DNA of 64,000 nucleotides from Eledone cirrhosa (lineage: Eukaryota), in contig CAXHJY010000152.1 in the NCBI GenBank assembly GCA_964016885.1, positions 62,001-126,000 of the forward strand. Direction: 5' to 3'. Both the position numbers and the translations under genes were made by a program. The notes beneath the pieces are model-generated. The model had not been told where the DNA came from. It made no database searches and saw nothing but the letters and a program-made list of their open reading frames with translations. This document shows positions 27,049 to 39,172 of the stretch, piece after piece (positions within the stretch are counted from its first letter, which is position 1; every line of letters begins with the position of its first letter).

Positions 27049-27952
27049 CATCATCATCACCGTTTTACGTCCGTTCTTCCATGCTAGCATGGGTTAGACG
27101 GGTTGACCTGGTGTGGGCAGTGTCTGGTCGGCTGACCATGCCTTGCTCATACAGGAACTGATTTTGGCTCGATTTCTACAGCTGGATGCCCTTCCTAACA
27201 CCAACCTCATTTACAGTGAGTGCTGGGTGCTTTTTCCGTGGCGCCTACACGTCCACTTTAGAGAGTGGGCTGGGTGCTTTTTTGCTGTGGCACCTCCACA
27301 ACCACCTTGCAGTGGGAGGGTGTGGGGCATATTGTCTATATGCTTCAGCTTGTACCCATGGGAGGTCGGGTACTCTGTATTACTGCGAGACACCAGAGGT
27401 CACGGTCGTGTGTCATTGCCTTTGAGAGATGTAATTGGGTAAGGTCGGCTTTTATCACCTCATCCCAGGTCTTCTTGGTCTCCCCACTCCGCGGTTTCCA
27501 TTGACTTCTAGTGCTCTGCACCTTTTTATGCAGCTGTCATCCTTCATACGCATCACATGTCCATACCAACATAACCGCCTCTCCTGCACACAGCATTTGA
27601 TTCCTCTTATGCTCAGTCTCTCTCTCAATTCATTTATGCTTTGTCGGTCGCGTATATTACTATTACACATCCATCGGAGCATGCAGGCTTCGTTTCTTTC
27701 TAATCTACGTAAGTCTTCCACCTTCGGCGCCCAGGTCTCACTACCATGAAACATTGTTGTTCGGATACACACATCATACAGTCTGCCTTTCACTTTGAGG
27801 GAGAAGCCTTTTTCAGCTAGCAGTGGCAGTAGTTCCCTGAACTTCTTCCATCCCGTTCTTACCCTAGTTATTGTACTTTCTGAACACCCACCTCCGCTGC
27901 TAATTCGGTCACCGAAGTAGCAGAAGCTGTCTACTGTTTCTACAGAGCCCTC
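27049..27952 (-). mobile_element. 5'-truncated RTE LINE (ORF C-terminus, 3' UTR and (GAT)n tail)
   Basis: KGRLYDVCIRTTMFHGSETW...RRLCWYGHVMRM...GRPR is homologous to 41660-42150; tail catcatcatca at ~27049-27060. Confidence 0.92.
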
Positions 27953-28519
27953 ACATTATTACTATATATATATATATATATATACATGGAGAGGGGAGTA
28001 AAGGAAAGTGAGTGCGGAATAGGAAGGGAGAGAGAGAGAGAGAGTAAAGGACAAATCACATGAGAGAATGCCAAATACTAAAGATGGCCAACTGAGTTTG
28101 TATAATAAATATGAGAAGACTATCACAGACAAGATGAAACATGTTAACCAGTGTTCAGCAGCATGGTCAGGGATGTTGTCACTTCTGAATTTGCCTTTCA
28201 TCCTTACGGGGTCGATAAAATAAAGTACCAGTAATGCACTGGGTATGTGCTGGCCTTGTGCCAAAAAGTAGAAACAATTATTATTATTGTTATTATTATC
28301 AGCCTTTTATAATTATTTAAAAAAAAAAAAAATAATTGCCTTGTGCCTAAATCAGAAACTACTGTTGTTGTTGTCACTGTGATGGATTGGCAGGCATTTA
28401 TATTCTCAGTTTTTTAACTCCCGCTGAGGCCAACGTTGCTTTTTATCCTACCGAGGTTGATAAAATAAAGTACCAGTCATGTACTGGGGTTTGTGTAATC
28501 GACTTTCTTCCCTGCTCTG

Positions 28520-28930
28520 AAATTGCTGACTTTTTGATTAGAAAGGAAGGTGACAGTAGAGAGGAAGGTGCTCTCTTCCAACACATTTACCAAAAGGTAG
28601 GAGAAAGTAACGAAAATGGTAAGAATAAATGAGACTACTCTCAGCTTGTGCCTGTAGGTCGAACAATGAGTTGGGAGAGGACTCCCGTACAGGGTGGCCA
28701 GGGTGATTGTAAATCCATAGAGTTCCTCAGTTAACCTGAGGCATTTAGCTCTCTATAACAAGAGGAGTGAATGCCTTGTATAATAGTATATTATGTATCC
28801 TCAACTTGTATACTATATATACATGTTAACCTTTTTTTTTTCATTTCTATGTAAACCTCCACCTTAATGTTGCAACTTGTCTTTGTAGTGTCTCTTCCAT
28901 CTGATGCCTCTGTGGCCAATAAAGACATTT
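28520..28930 (+). mobile_element. Possible 3' end of another LINE (L1/Tx1-like) inserted in a SINE
   Basis: Broken frame RKVTVERKVLSSNTFTKR*EKVTKMVRINETTL, then a UTR ending aataaaga. Family assignment is weak. Confidence 0.3.
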
Positions 28931-29064
28931 TTATTATCATTATTATTATTACTGAGCATGCACCTGTAGGCTGGAAAGATGGAAGGAGAGAGGCACACCC
29001 ACCTAAGGTGCTTTGGGAGATGAGGGTGGGTTGGGATTTATGGGGTTCCTAACGTCACCCCTAG

Positions 29065-29560
29065 GTGGTGGTGCTTGTGCCATGATAAAATGCACCCAGT
29101 ACTCTTTATAAAAGGGTAGTGTTAGTGTCTTGATAAAATGCCCCCACTACACTCTGTAAAGTGGTAGAGCTGGTGTCATGATAAAATGCACTCAGTACAT
29201 ACTGTCATGTGGTAGAGCTGGTGTCATGATAAAATGCACTCAGTACATACTGTCAGGTGGTAGTGCTGGTGCCATGATAAAATTCACCCAGTACATACTG
29301 TCAGGTGGTAGTGCTGGTGCCATGATAAAATTCACCCAGTACATACTATCATGTGGTAGAGCTGGTGTGATGATAAAATACACCCAGTACATGCAGTAAA
29401 GTGATTGGTGTTAAGGACATCCAGCTATAGAAACCAAGCTAAAGAATGAATATATGAATGAGATGCAATCATCTATCTTGTCTACTTTCAGAATGTGACA
29501 ACCTAACCCATGCCAGCATGGAAAATAAACAAAACTATGTTGATATATCATTATCATCAT
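29065..29560 (+). repeat. RTE-tail-type element with about 7 internal 48-bp repeats
   Basis: Unit ggtagtgctggtgccatgataaaattcacccagtacatactgtcaggt, followed by catccagctatagaaa and cccatgccagcatggaaaa. Confidence 0.8.
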
Positions 29561-30956
29561 TGTTTTACATTCTTTTTTCCATAATTGCATGGGTTATATA
29601 TGTCTTTTCCACCAAAACTTCCCTCCACATACTGCATTCCTTAGTCATCTCCTGAGTTTCAGTATCCCGAGATCAGCTCTCACCATTTCTGCTCAAGTTT
29701 TCCTTGAGTCTTCTTTACTGCAGCTTCCTTCCACTGGGAACTTCCGGCACTTCTTCACTCAATAATCATCATCTTTACACATCATGTGTCCATACCAGTG
29801 TTGTCTTCTCTCTTGCACACTACATTTCATTCTAGGTTTTCTTTCAGCCCATCCATGCTTTGCTGTTCAAGCATATTAACATTACATATCCATTGAAGAA
29901 TGGTTGTGTCATATCTCTCCAGCTTCTGCATTTACTGCTCATGTTTCACTTCCATGCAACATTGCACGTGGAGTGTGTGGTGTGTGTGCTGTGTGTGTGT
30001 AATGTTGGAAAGTGTGAGTGGGAAAAGGAATGGTTTCCACTGCTATTTTTTCAGTTAATCTTAACACATTAACAACAACACAGTCATCAACATCTGCAGT
30101 TTCACTAAGCCATACACCACCATACCTTCCCCCACACATTCACACACAGTTATTAAAACATCTGCAGTTTCATTAAACCATACACCATCATCTCCCATCC
30201 ACACACCACCAACAAAAACATACCATCTCCCACATATCACCATACCATCTTATCTCTCACACACAACCACACCATCCACACACTACCATAGTAAATGTAA
30301 GCAGAAACAGCTCTCCAACAAAGCTATTTATTTTAAATAAACATCTCTACCTATACAACATTACATAACTCACCAAACTAACTACAACTCTTCTCAAGAC
30401 ATCACACATATGCACTCAAAAAGATACATACATAAACATACACAAACATCACACACAAACATCACACGCAGACATCCACACCCACAAACACAGTCAGACC
30501 CACAACCACACACAATACCTCAGCTTCTCTCTGAACAAAAAGCTCTCTTCTTAGGTCACTACTTATCTCAACCTATACATCACAGACAATCAACTGATAT
30601 ACACTGACAACTGAAATCCTCAATGGGATCCACTTTCACACTGAAGTTAAATGTGCAAATATCAATTACTTTATAACCTTTCTATTAGCATGGTTTAGTG
30701 GTTAATGTGTTGGTTTCACAATCATAAGTTGTATGTTCAATTCCTGGACCAAGTGGCGCGTTGTATTCTTGAGCAAGCCACTTCATTTCACATTGATTTT
30801 TATAATAGGACAGGTAGCAATAACATGCATGTGTGAATGGGATTGGGGATGCCAACATTAAAACACCCGAGAAACCTCATAGAATGCCAGCTAAATCCAC
30901 AGAGGTGTGAGCTGTAAATTCCATTTTATTTTCAAATTTATGAAATACACTTCCTA

Positions 30957-31292
30957 TGGAGGCACATGGCTTAGTGGTTAGAGCATTGGCCTTGCAATCA
31001 AAAGGTTGTGAGTTCAATTCTCAGACCGGGTGATGTGTTGTTTCCTTGAGCAAGACACCTTATTTCACATTGCTCCAGTTTACTCAGCTGTAGAAATGAG
31101 ATGATAGGGACTGGGGGGTCCATATCATTCCACTGTAAAGTGGTCGTGGAGGTGCCACGGCAAAAAAGCACCCAGCCCACACTGTAAATGAGGTTGGTGT
31201 TAGGAAGGGCATCCAGCTGTAGAAATCAAGCCAGAATCAGTTCCCGTCCCACCCTTGCAAGCAGGGAAAAGTGGACGTAAAATGATGATGAT
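30957..31292 (+). mobile_element. SINE family A, full length
   Basis: A/B boxes, CORE-like body, RTE-like tail and (GAT)n end. Confidence 0.92.
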
Positions 31293-31842
31293 ATTCCTCA
31301 ACCTCGACACAATGCAGGCTCTTGAAATTTTGGAACTCAACTCATGGACCCCCAGGGATTCACAGGTTAAGAACTACTCAATGAAACTAAACAGAAAGGG
31401 CACAACTCATGGCTTCTATCTGCTCCAACTAACATTGGGTTTAACCAAACCCACTACACCTTGGGTGACTCTAGCAGAATACTTGTACTTGCATCAGTGT
31501 TAACCCAGGGTGGGTTGGGTTGGCTCTAGCCAGTGCATCTACAGCATGACAAATAGTGGCTGCCCATGCACAGCTATCACAGATGTCTGATGAAGATATT
31601 GTTATCAGTCAGTCATGATTCCAATGGCAGACATCATATATACACAGTGTATTTACATTATCATGAATAGATGCTGCCCATGCATAGCAATCACATTCAC
31701 AGATATTGTCAGCCATCCACAATTGCAACATTAAAAACCATATAAGGAAGGACCAAATATTACACAAGATCAGATTTCATAATGCTGATCCATGTTTTCA
31801 ACTGTTTGCCCCGACATTTACACCATCCCAAGAGGGACTCGT

Positions 31843-33330
31843 GTGTGACAGCATTATATATGAGTTCGCTCACCTCAGGTGTGACTGCATCATGTATGAG
31901 TCCACTGACGTTGGGTGCGACTGCATCATGTATGAGTCCACTGACGTTGGGTGCGACTGCATCATGTATGAGTCCACTGACGTTGGGTGCGACTGCATCA
32001 TGTATGAGTCCACTGACGTTGGGTGCGACTGCATCATGTACGAGTCCACTCACCTCAGGTGCGACTGCATCATGTACGAGTTCACTCACCTCAGGTGCGA
32101 CTGCATCATGTACGAGTTCACTCACCTCAGGTGCAACTGCATCATGTACGAGTTCACTCACCTCAGGTGCAACTGCATCATGTACGAGTTCACTCACCTC
32201 AGGTGCGACTGCATCATGTACGAGTTCACCTCAGGTGCGACTGCATCATGTACGAGTTCACCTCAGGTGCGACTGCATCATGTACGAGTTCACCTCAGGT
32301 GCGACTGCATCATGTACGAGTTCACCTCAGGTGCGACTGCATCATGTACGAGTTCACCTCAGGTGCGACTGCATCATGTACGAGTTCACCTCAGGTGCGA
32401 CTGCATCATGTACGAGTTCACCTCAGGTGCGACTGCATCATGTACGAGTTCACCTCAGGTGCGACTGCATCATGTACGAGTTCACCTCAGGTGCGACTGC
32501 ATCATGTACGAGTTCACCTCAGGTGCGACTGCATCATGTACGAGTTCACCTCAGGTGCGACTGCATCATGTACGAGTTCACCTCAGGTGCGACTGCATCA
32601 TGTACGAGTTCACCTCAGGTGCGACTGCATCATGTACGAGTTCCCCTCAGGTGCGACTGCATCATGTACGAGTTCCCCTCAGGTGCGACTGCATCGTGTA
32701 CGAGTTCCCCTCAGGTGCGACTGCATCGTGTACGAGTTCCCCTCAGGTGCGACTGCATCGTGTACGAGTTCCCCTCAGGTGCGACTGCATCGTGTACGAG
32801 TTCCCCTCAGGTGCGACTGCATCGTGTACGAGTTCCCCTCAGGTGCGACTGCATCGTGTACGAGTTCCCCTCAGGTGCGACTGCATCGTGTACGAGTTCC
32901 CCTCAGGTGCGACTGCATCGTGTACGAGTTCCCCTCAGGTGCGACTGCATCGTGTACGAGTTCACCTCAGGTGCGACTGCATCGTGTATGAGTTCACCTC
33001 AGGTGCGACTGCATCGTGTATGAGTTCACCTCAGGTGCGACTGCATCGTGTATGAGTTCACCTCAGGTGCGACTGCATCATGTATGAGTTCACTCACCTC
33101 AGGTGCGACTGCATCATGTATGAGTTCACTCACCTCAGGTGCGACTGCATCATGTATGAGTTCACTCACCTCAGGTGCGACTGCATCATGTATGAGTTCA
33201 CTCACCTCGGGTGCGACTGCATCATGTATGAGTTCACCTCAGGTGCGACTGCATCATGTATGAGTTCACCTCAGGTGTGCCTGCATCATATATTAGTTCA
33301 CCTCAAGTGTGCCTGCATCATATATTAGTT
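31843..33330. repeat. CpG-rich satellite with 32-bp core units flanked on both sides by 36-bp units
   Basis: Core tcaggtgcgactgcatcatgtacgagttcacc; 36-bp units carry an extra ctca. Variants occur in contiguous blocks. Confidence 0.97.
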
Positions 33331-33898
33331 CACATCAGGTGTGACTCCATCATATGTTATGGAGTCACACCTGAGGTGAGTGAACTAATATATTAGTTCA
33401 CCTCATGAGTGGTGGAGTCCAACCTATTGCAAGCATTCAGACCAGGTCTCTGGTTTAAGGATATCTTCCTCTCTCCTTCACTCTCATCAATGTTGGAGAC
33501 ACTGAAAAGTGTGATCAAGAGTTCCCTTCCCCCCTCTAACTAATCAGTAAGAAAAACAAAACAAAAAAAAACCTCAACTCACAAATTTACACATGGAAGC
33601 ATCCTTAAATTGCTAGATACACAGTTCAATACTCCAGCAGATTATTATTTAGAAACCAATGGGGGAAAATATGAAATTTACAGCTCACACCTATGTTGCA
33701 TCTCATAGGAGGTTTCTCTGGTGTTTTCAGAGTCCTGGACATGTCATAAAAAGCTCAAAAACACAATTCACCACTTGATCCAGGAACTAAGTGCCTTAGA
33801 AACCAATTCTTTATTCTCAAAACATATCTTTATAAACATAACAATCCCCCTCCACCTCAAACACAAACTGAGGTGAAAAATATAAAAGATCAACTTAC

Positions 33899-34004
33899 AT
33901 TTTATGATATATACAAAGACAAGGAAGTCGTGCTATGGTGTCCCCTTGTTTGAGATCTTCCAAACATATCACACATTCACCTTTATCTTCTGTCAATACA
34001 TCCT
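33899..34004 (-). CDS. ZNRF1/2: ZNRF1/ZNRF2-like E3 ligase, RING-H2 exon (106 bp)
   Basis: Acceptor ttacttttcag|AG and donor AT|gtaagt. Translates (E)DVLTEDKGECVICLEDLKQGDTIARLPCLCIYHK(M); phases join both neighbouring exons in frame. Confidence 0.97.
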
Positions 34005-34046
34005 CTGAAAAGTAAAATAAAATACATCCTCTGATAAAGTAATAAC

Positions 34047-34570
34047 AGGAGATGAATCAAGGGTGTTCGAGTACAATCCAGAGAAAACAGCCAAGTGAAG
34101 AGTGGCACACAAAAAATTCTCCTCCTCCAAAGAAAGCACGCATGAGCAAATCCAGGGTGAAAACAATGATCATTTTTTTGACAATCGTGGTATTGTTCAC
34201 AAAGAATTTTTACCTCCAAGACAGACAGTTAATTGCACTTTCTATAATAATGTCTTGGAACAACTTCAAAAATGGGTCCAGTAAGTCTACAACACAAAAA
34301 CGTGCCTGCTCACACAGCATGTTCAATTAGAAAATTTCTGGAATAGAGAATTCTCACTCTTCAACATCCTCCCCACAACCCAGATCTAAAAAATGGTCAC
34401 CAACGAGCTAAGGACATGCACAGAAAATGACTTCCAGTACTCCTATGATTAATGGAAAAAATATTGGAACCTCTGTATGACTTTCCAAGGGTTGTGTTTT
34501 GAAGAAAGTAACTTATAATTTCATGTATGTCTAATATACATCAGTACTCTTACTTTTGTGACAAACCTCG
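34047..34570 (+). mobile_element. Left-truncated mariner transposon relic
   Basis: SEEWHTKNSPPPKKARMSKSRVKTMII / FFDNRGIVHKEFLPPRQTVN..FY..VLEQL / PAHTA / HPPHNPDL, then a TIR-like end tacttttgtgacaaacctcg|ta. Confidence 0.85.
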
Positions 34571-34987
34571 TATTTGTAACTACATCCATAACCACACAGC
34601 TCATATTTATGCAGGTTTAGCTGGTCTCTTATGAGGTTGCATCTTAGAGAAGGTTTCTCAGGTATTTTAATGATAGAGTCTCCAGTTCTATCATGGATAG
34701 CAATACTAGTGTCATGAAATGAACACAATGTGCTGCCTGGCACAAGAATTGAACCTATGACCTTATAATCATGCGTCCAACACCCTAACCACTAGGCTGT
34801 GTCTTCACATCATGCATGTGTCCATATACAACATTAAGATTAATAAATTGATTGACTAAAGTGAGCCAAGTCATTGTATAAACAACTCTGCTGATAAAAG
34901 AAAATATTATTGTGGTTGATAATCCCAGTAAAGACACTTATGAAATGGTTACAGTCCAAGCAAATAATAGTAACCATATTAACCAAT

Positions 34988-35466
34988 GACACGGCTTAGT
35001 GGTTAGAGCATTGGGCTTGCGATCAAAAGGTTGTGAGTTCAATTCTCAGACCGGGTGATGTGTTGTTTCCTTGCGCAAGACACTGTTACACATTGCTCCA
35101 GTTTACTTAGCTGTAGAAATGAGATGATAGGACTGGGGTCCCTACGATTCCACTGTAAAGTAGTCGTGGAGGTGCCACGGCAAAAAAGCACCCAGCCCAC
35201 ACTGTAAAGTAGTCGTGGAGGTGCCACGGCAAAAAAGCACCCAACCCACACTGTAAAGTGGACGTGGAGGTGCCGCGGAAAAAAAGCACCCAGCACTCAC
35301 TGTAAATGAGGTTGATGTTAAGAAGGGCATCCAGCTGTAGAAATCAAGCCAAAATCACTTCCCGTATGAGAAAGACAAGGTCAGGCGACTGGACACTGCC
35401 CACAACAGTGCAATCTGTCTAACCCATGCTAGCGTGGAAGAACGGACATAAAAATGGTGATGATGA
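34988..35466 (+). mobile_element. SINE family A with a triplicated internal module
   Basis: Same head as 30957; three copies of gtggaggtgccacggcaaaaaagcacccagcccacactgtaaa. Confidence 0.9.
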
Positions 35467-35637
35467 TACACACGTTTCCTATATCAGTCATGTTTCTACA
35501 ATAAGTGATTCACTTTCCAATTACAGTGTCTTGGATCCTAACCCTACATTTGTCCCTTTATTCTTGGTAAATATGGCATACCAATCCTAAACTCTAAAAT
35601 TTAATCATCCTCAATGCTATTACTGTTATTATTGACT

Positions 35638-35671
<34 letters not shown>

Positions 35672-38600
35672 CAGCAGCAGCAGCAGTGCTGGTGGTGGTT
35701 GTAGTAGTAGTAGTAGTAGCAGCAGCAACAGTAGTAGTAAGCTGAGCTTGACTACGATTGATTAAAGAAAATACAAGGAAATGTCAAACAAGATAGGATA
35801 AAGAATAAGCTAAATATAAAACAATAATTCTGTTAATCACTCAATATGATTTAACTATAACACACACACTGTGATAGACTGGGCTGATACATAAATAACC
35901 AAGCGATAGTAGTGGTAGTTGTGGCAGAAAGGTGGTGATGATGGTGGTAGAGGACACTGTGGGAGGGTGACGGTGGTAGTGGTAACAATGATGGTGGTGG
36001 TGGATATGGTGGGAGAAGGATGGTGGTAGTGGTGGTGATGGTGGTGGTGACAGTGGTAGCGATGATAATCGTGATGTTAGTGGTCCCAAGCCAGGAGGCT
36101 CATCAGACCAGAGCTTATGGTTTCATTGATGTTAAGCAACAAAGTATAAGACTCTCCTCTAGACAAGATGCCAGTTCATCTCAGGGTTAATCCTAGTTAA
36201 TGCTGGTACTCATTTTTTTTTTCAGCCGAGTAGGCTAGGTGAAATGAAGTGTTTTGCTCAAGAATACAATATGCCCTTCAATCCAGGAATCGAATCGATA
36301 ACATTGCAAGCGTGAGCTCAATACCCTAACCACTAGGCCACGCACCTTGGGACAGTTTTTAATTTTTAATTGTCAGAAATACCAATAGACCCCCTTGGGC
36401 CATGACTAACCATGGTTTTACTCCCAGGAAAGTTTCATTGGTGTTGAGCAACTGAAACTAAAAGACATCTTGCTAGATGGGATTGCAGTCCATCAAAGGA
36501 TTAGCCCTGCTTGCCCCAGCTAATGCCATTTTGTCAGCTGAGTGGATTGGAGTGATGAGAAATGAAATATCTTCTTGAAGGACAAAACACACCACTTGGT
36601 CTGGAAATTGAACCCATGATCTAACAATCGCGAAACCAATGCTCTGACCACTAGGTCACACAACTCCACCATAATAAACATTAATTGCATTCTTTTATTT
36701 TTTTACAAGCTTCAGTCAGTCTGTAACCAAGCTGGAGCACCACACTGAAGATATCTAGATGATCATATCAACCCCAGTCTGGTACTTATTTTATTGATCA
36801 CTTTTTGTTGAATTACTAAGTTACAGGATATAAACAAAAAAACATGGACACGGACACACTTCCACAGTTTCTGCCCCTCAAAATTTCACTATTAAGGCAT
36901 TAGTCAACCCAAGGCTGTAGAAGACACTTGCCCAAGATACCGCGCAATGGGACTGAACTCAAAGCAACATGGTAATGAAGTGAACTCCTTAATAATATAG
37001 TTATTATGAATCATATTTCAGAGAAAAAAAAGGAAAGAAAACAGCAATAGACTATATCTTATATAGAGACATGTGCAATGGGTGCACATGCACAGACATA
37101 TATATACCGAAATACACACAGAGACAAATACACACACACAGACAGATAGACCTATAAATATACAGACACACACAAATATAAACAAGTGTGATTTAACAGT
37201 TTAAGTCAAAAACATTGGCATTTTCATTAAACAGATTAAAACCTGATGCAATGTTGATAATAATACTGCTATGTGGATTGGCTTAGATGGTGGTGGTCAT
37301 GGTGGTGGTGTAACAATGGCAGTGGGGGATGGTGGATGTAGTGATGATGAACGTGGTGATCATGTTATTAGTGGTGGTGGCAGTGATGACACTGTTGTTT
37401 ATGATGACTTGTTCTGTTTATAATTCATCAGGTAATGATAACATCCCACCACCAAGTCATTAATCTTTACCTTGTTGAGATGTCTATCTGATTAGCTCTT
37501 ACAGGTATGTTTAAAACACACATACACACACAGTTTCATATTAGCTAATGATGATAACAGATACTGAAACAATGTGAACTGCTAAACCAAGATGATGTAT
37601 CATGCATGTATGTATGGACGTATGAGCCTCAGGTCTCATCTGTCATGAGTGACCATGAGTTTGCATAGAAAAGCCTGGGCTGACTTGAGGGATCCCTTGG
37701 TCATGACTGAGCCTAGGTTTACACCTGAAAAGTTTGGAAGGGTTTAGTAATATAACAAACTTTCTAATTATTAAGCTGGTGTTTAGAGCATAGCTTAAAA
37801 TAGGTTCTTACATAAAATTATGAGGGAAGATTTTTAGATAAATATAAACACTTTAAAACAAACAACACTGTATTACAGAACCAGGGGCAGTTTCAGGTGG
37901 TTTGGTATCAAAAAGGTTAACCCTTTCATTACCATATTTCTAATGAAAAATGTTGCTTATGGTTTTCAAATAATTTTGACAATAATCAAGAATTTGGAGT
38001 GATTTAGTAATATAACTAGCTTTTTCATTATTTAGTAATATAACTAGCTTTTTCATTATTTATTGTTTGGAACATAAATGTTCTTACCAGGGAAAATGGA
38101 CATTAAATGACGATTATGATGATAAACACTTTCAAACAAACAACATTATATTATAGAACCAGGAGCAGTTTGCAGTGGTTTGGTATCAAAAAGGTTAAAT
38201 AGATGTGGTGTAAACCTTCGTTAAGAAATAATCCACAAGGACCTTTTTATAACGAGTACTTTCTGGATTGCTATATAAAACATTTAAAATAAATAGTGGA
38301 ATAGATATTTCTTGAGGGGAGTTTGTGTTTATGTACATGCCAACATGTGGTAGGTTCACATAGATAATGTAAATGCGAGACATTTATCTGGGTCAGGTCA
38401 TGTATTTTTATACATCAACAAGCAACATTTATCAGTAAAAGCAGAGCAACATGCTACATGTGATGAGAGATCAGAGACTTCATTGACTGGGACGATCTGA
38501 CCCCTTGTAAAGGGGCTGAAAAATGAACCAATAAAATAAAGTACTAATCCATAACAGTGAATTGGTGGAATTGTTAGAGTACCAGACAAGATGGTTTGCA

Positions 38601-39172
38601 GTATTTGTTACTACATTATGCATTCTGACTTCAAATTCTGCCTAGGGATTGAATCATCACCAAACAACCAGGGTTAATCACCCAACCACAGGACCACAAT
38701 TGATTATGAATGTTGCAATGAGTAGAGAAGTATTGCAATTGTCAATTACTGCAGTTGAACGAGGATGAGGATATAAGAATGACTGGGAAAAACTATCCAA
38801 AGGCACCATCTATATAATAACCAGTTACGTGTGTGCCAACAATGTAGGAAAATCAAATTAAAAATAGATTAAGAATACACTAGTACTGAGAAAAGAAAGA
38901 GAAATCAATATCTTGATCAATTCTAGTCAAGAAAAGTAGGGGAAATAACTTGAAATTTAGGGCATGTAATGAGAAGTGATCTTTGTTAACTCTTTCATTG
39001 CCATATTTTTATTGTAAGAAACTCCCTATGATATTCAAATAGTTTTGAAAATAATCCAGAATTTGGAGGGATTTAGTAATATAACTAACTTTCTTAATCT
39101 TATGACTGTGGTTGGTGAATAACTTAAAATTTCTTACATAAAATTATAATGGAAGGGTTTTAGATAAATATA

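Noticed and set aside
30957-31035. Possible tRNA genes at SINE heads
   Set aside because: A and B boxes are present, but each continues into a SINE body and lacks a clean acceptor stem; these are tRNA-derived heads.
31706-33328. Overlapping 300-450 aa Cys/His-rich ORFs, or a CRISPR-like array
   Set aside because: Open in several frames because of the 32/36-bp repeat. There are no unique spacers and no cas genes, and the context is eukaryotic.
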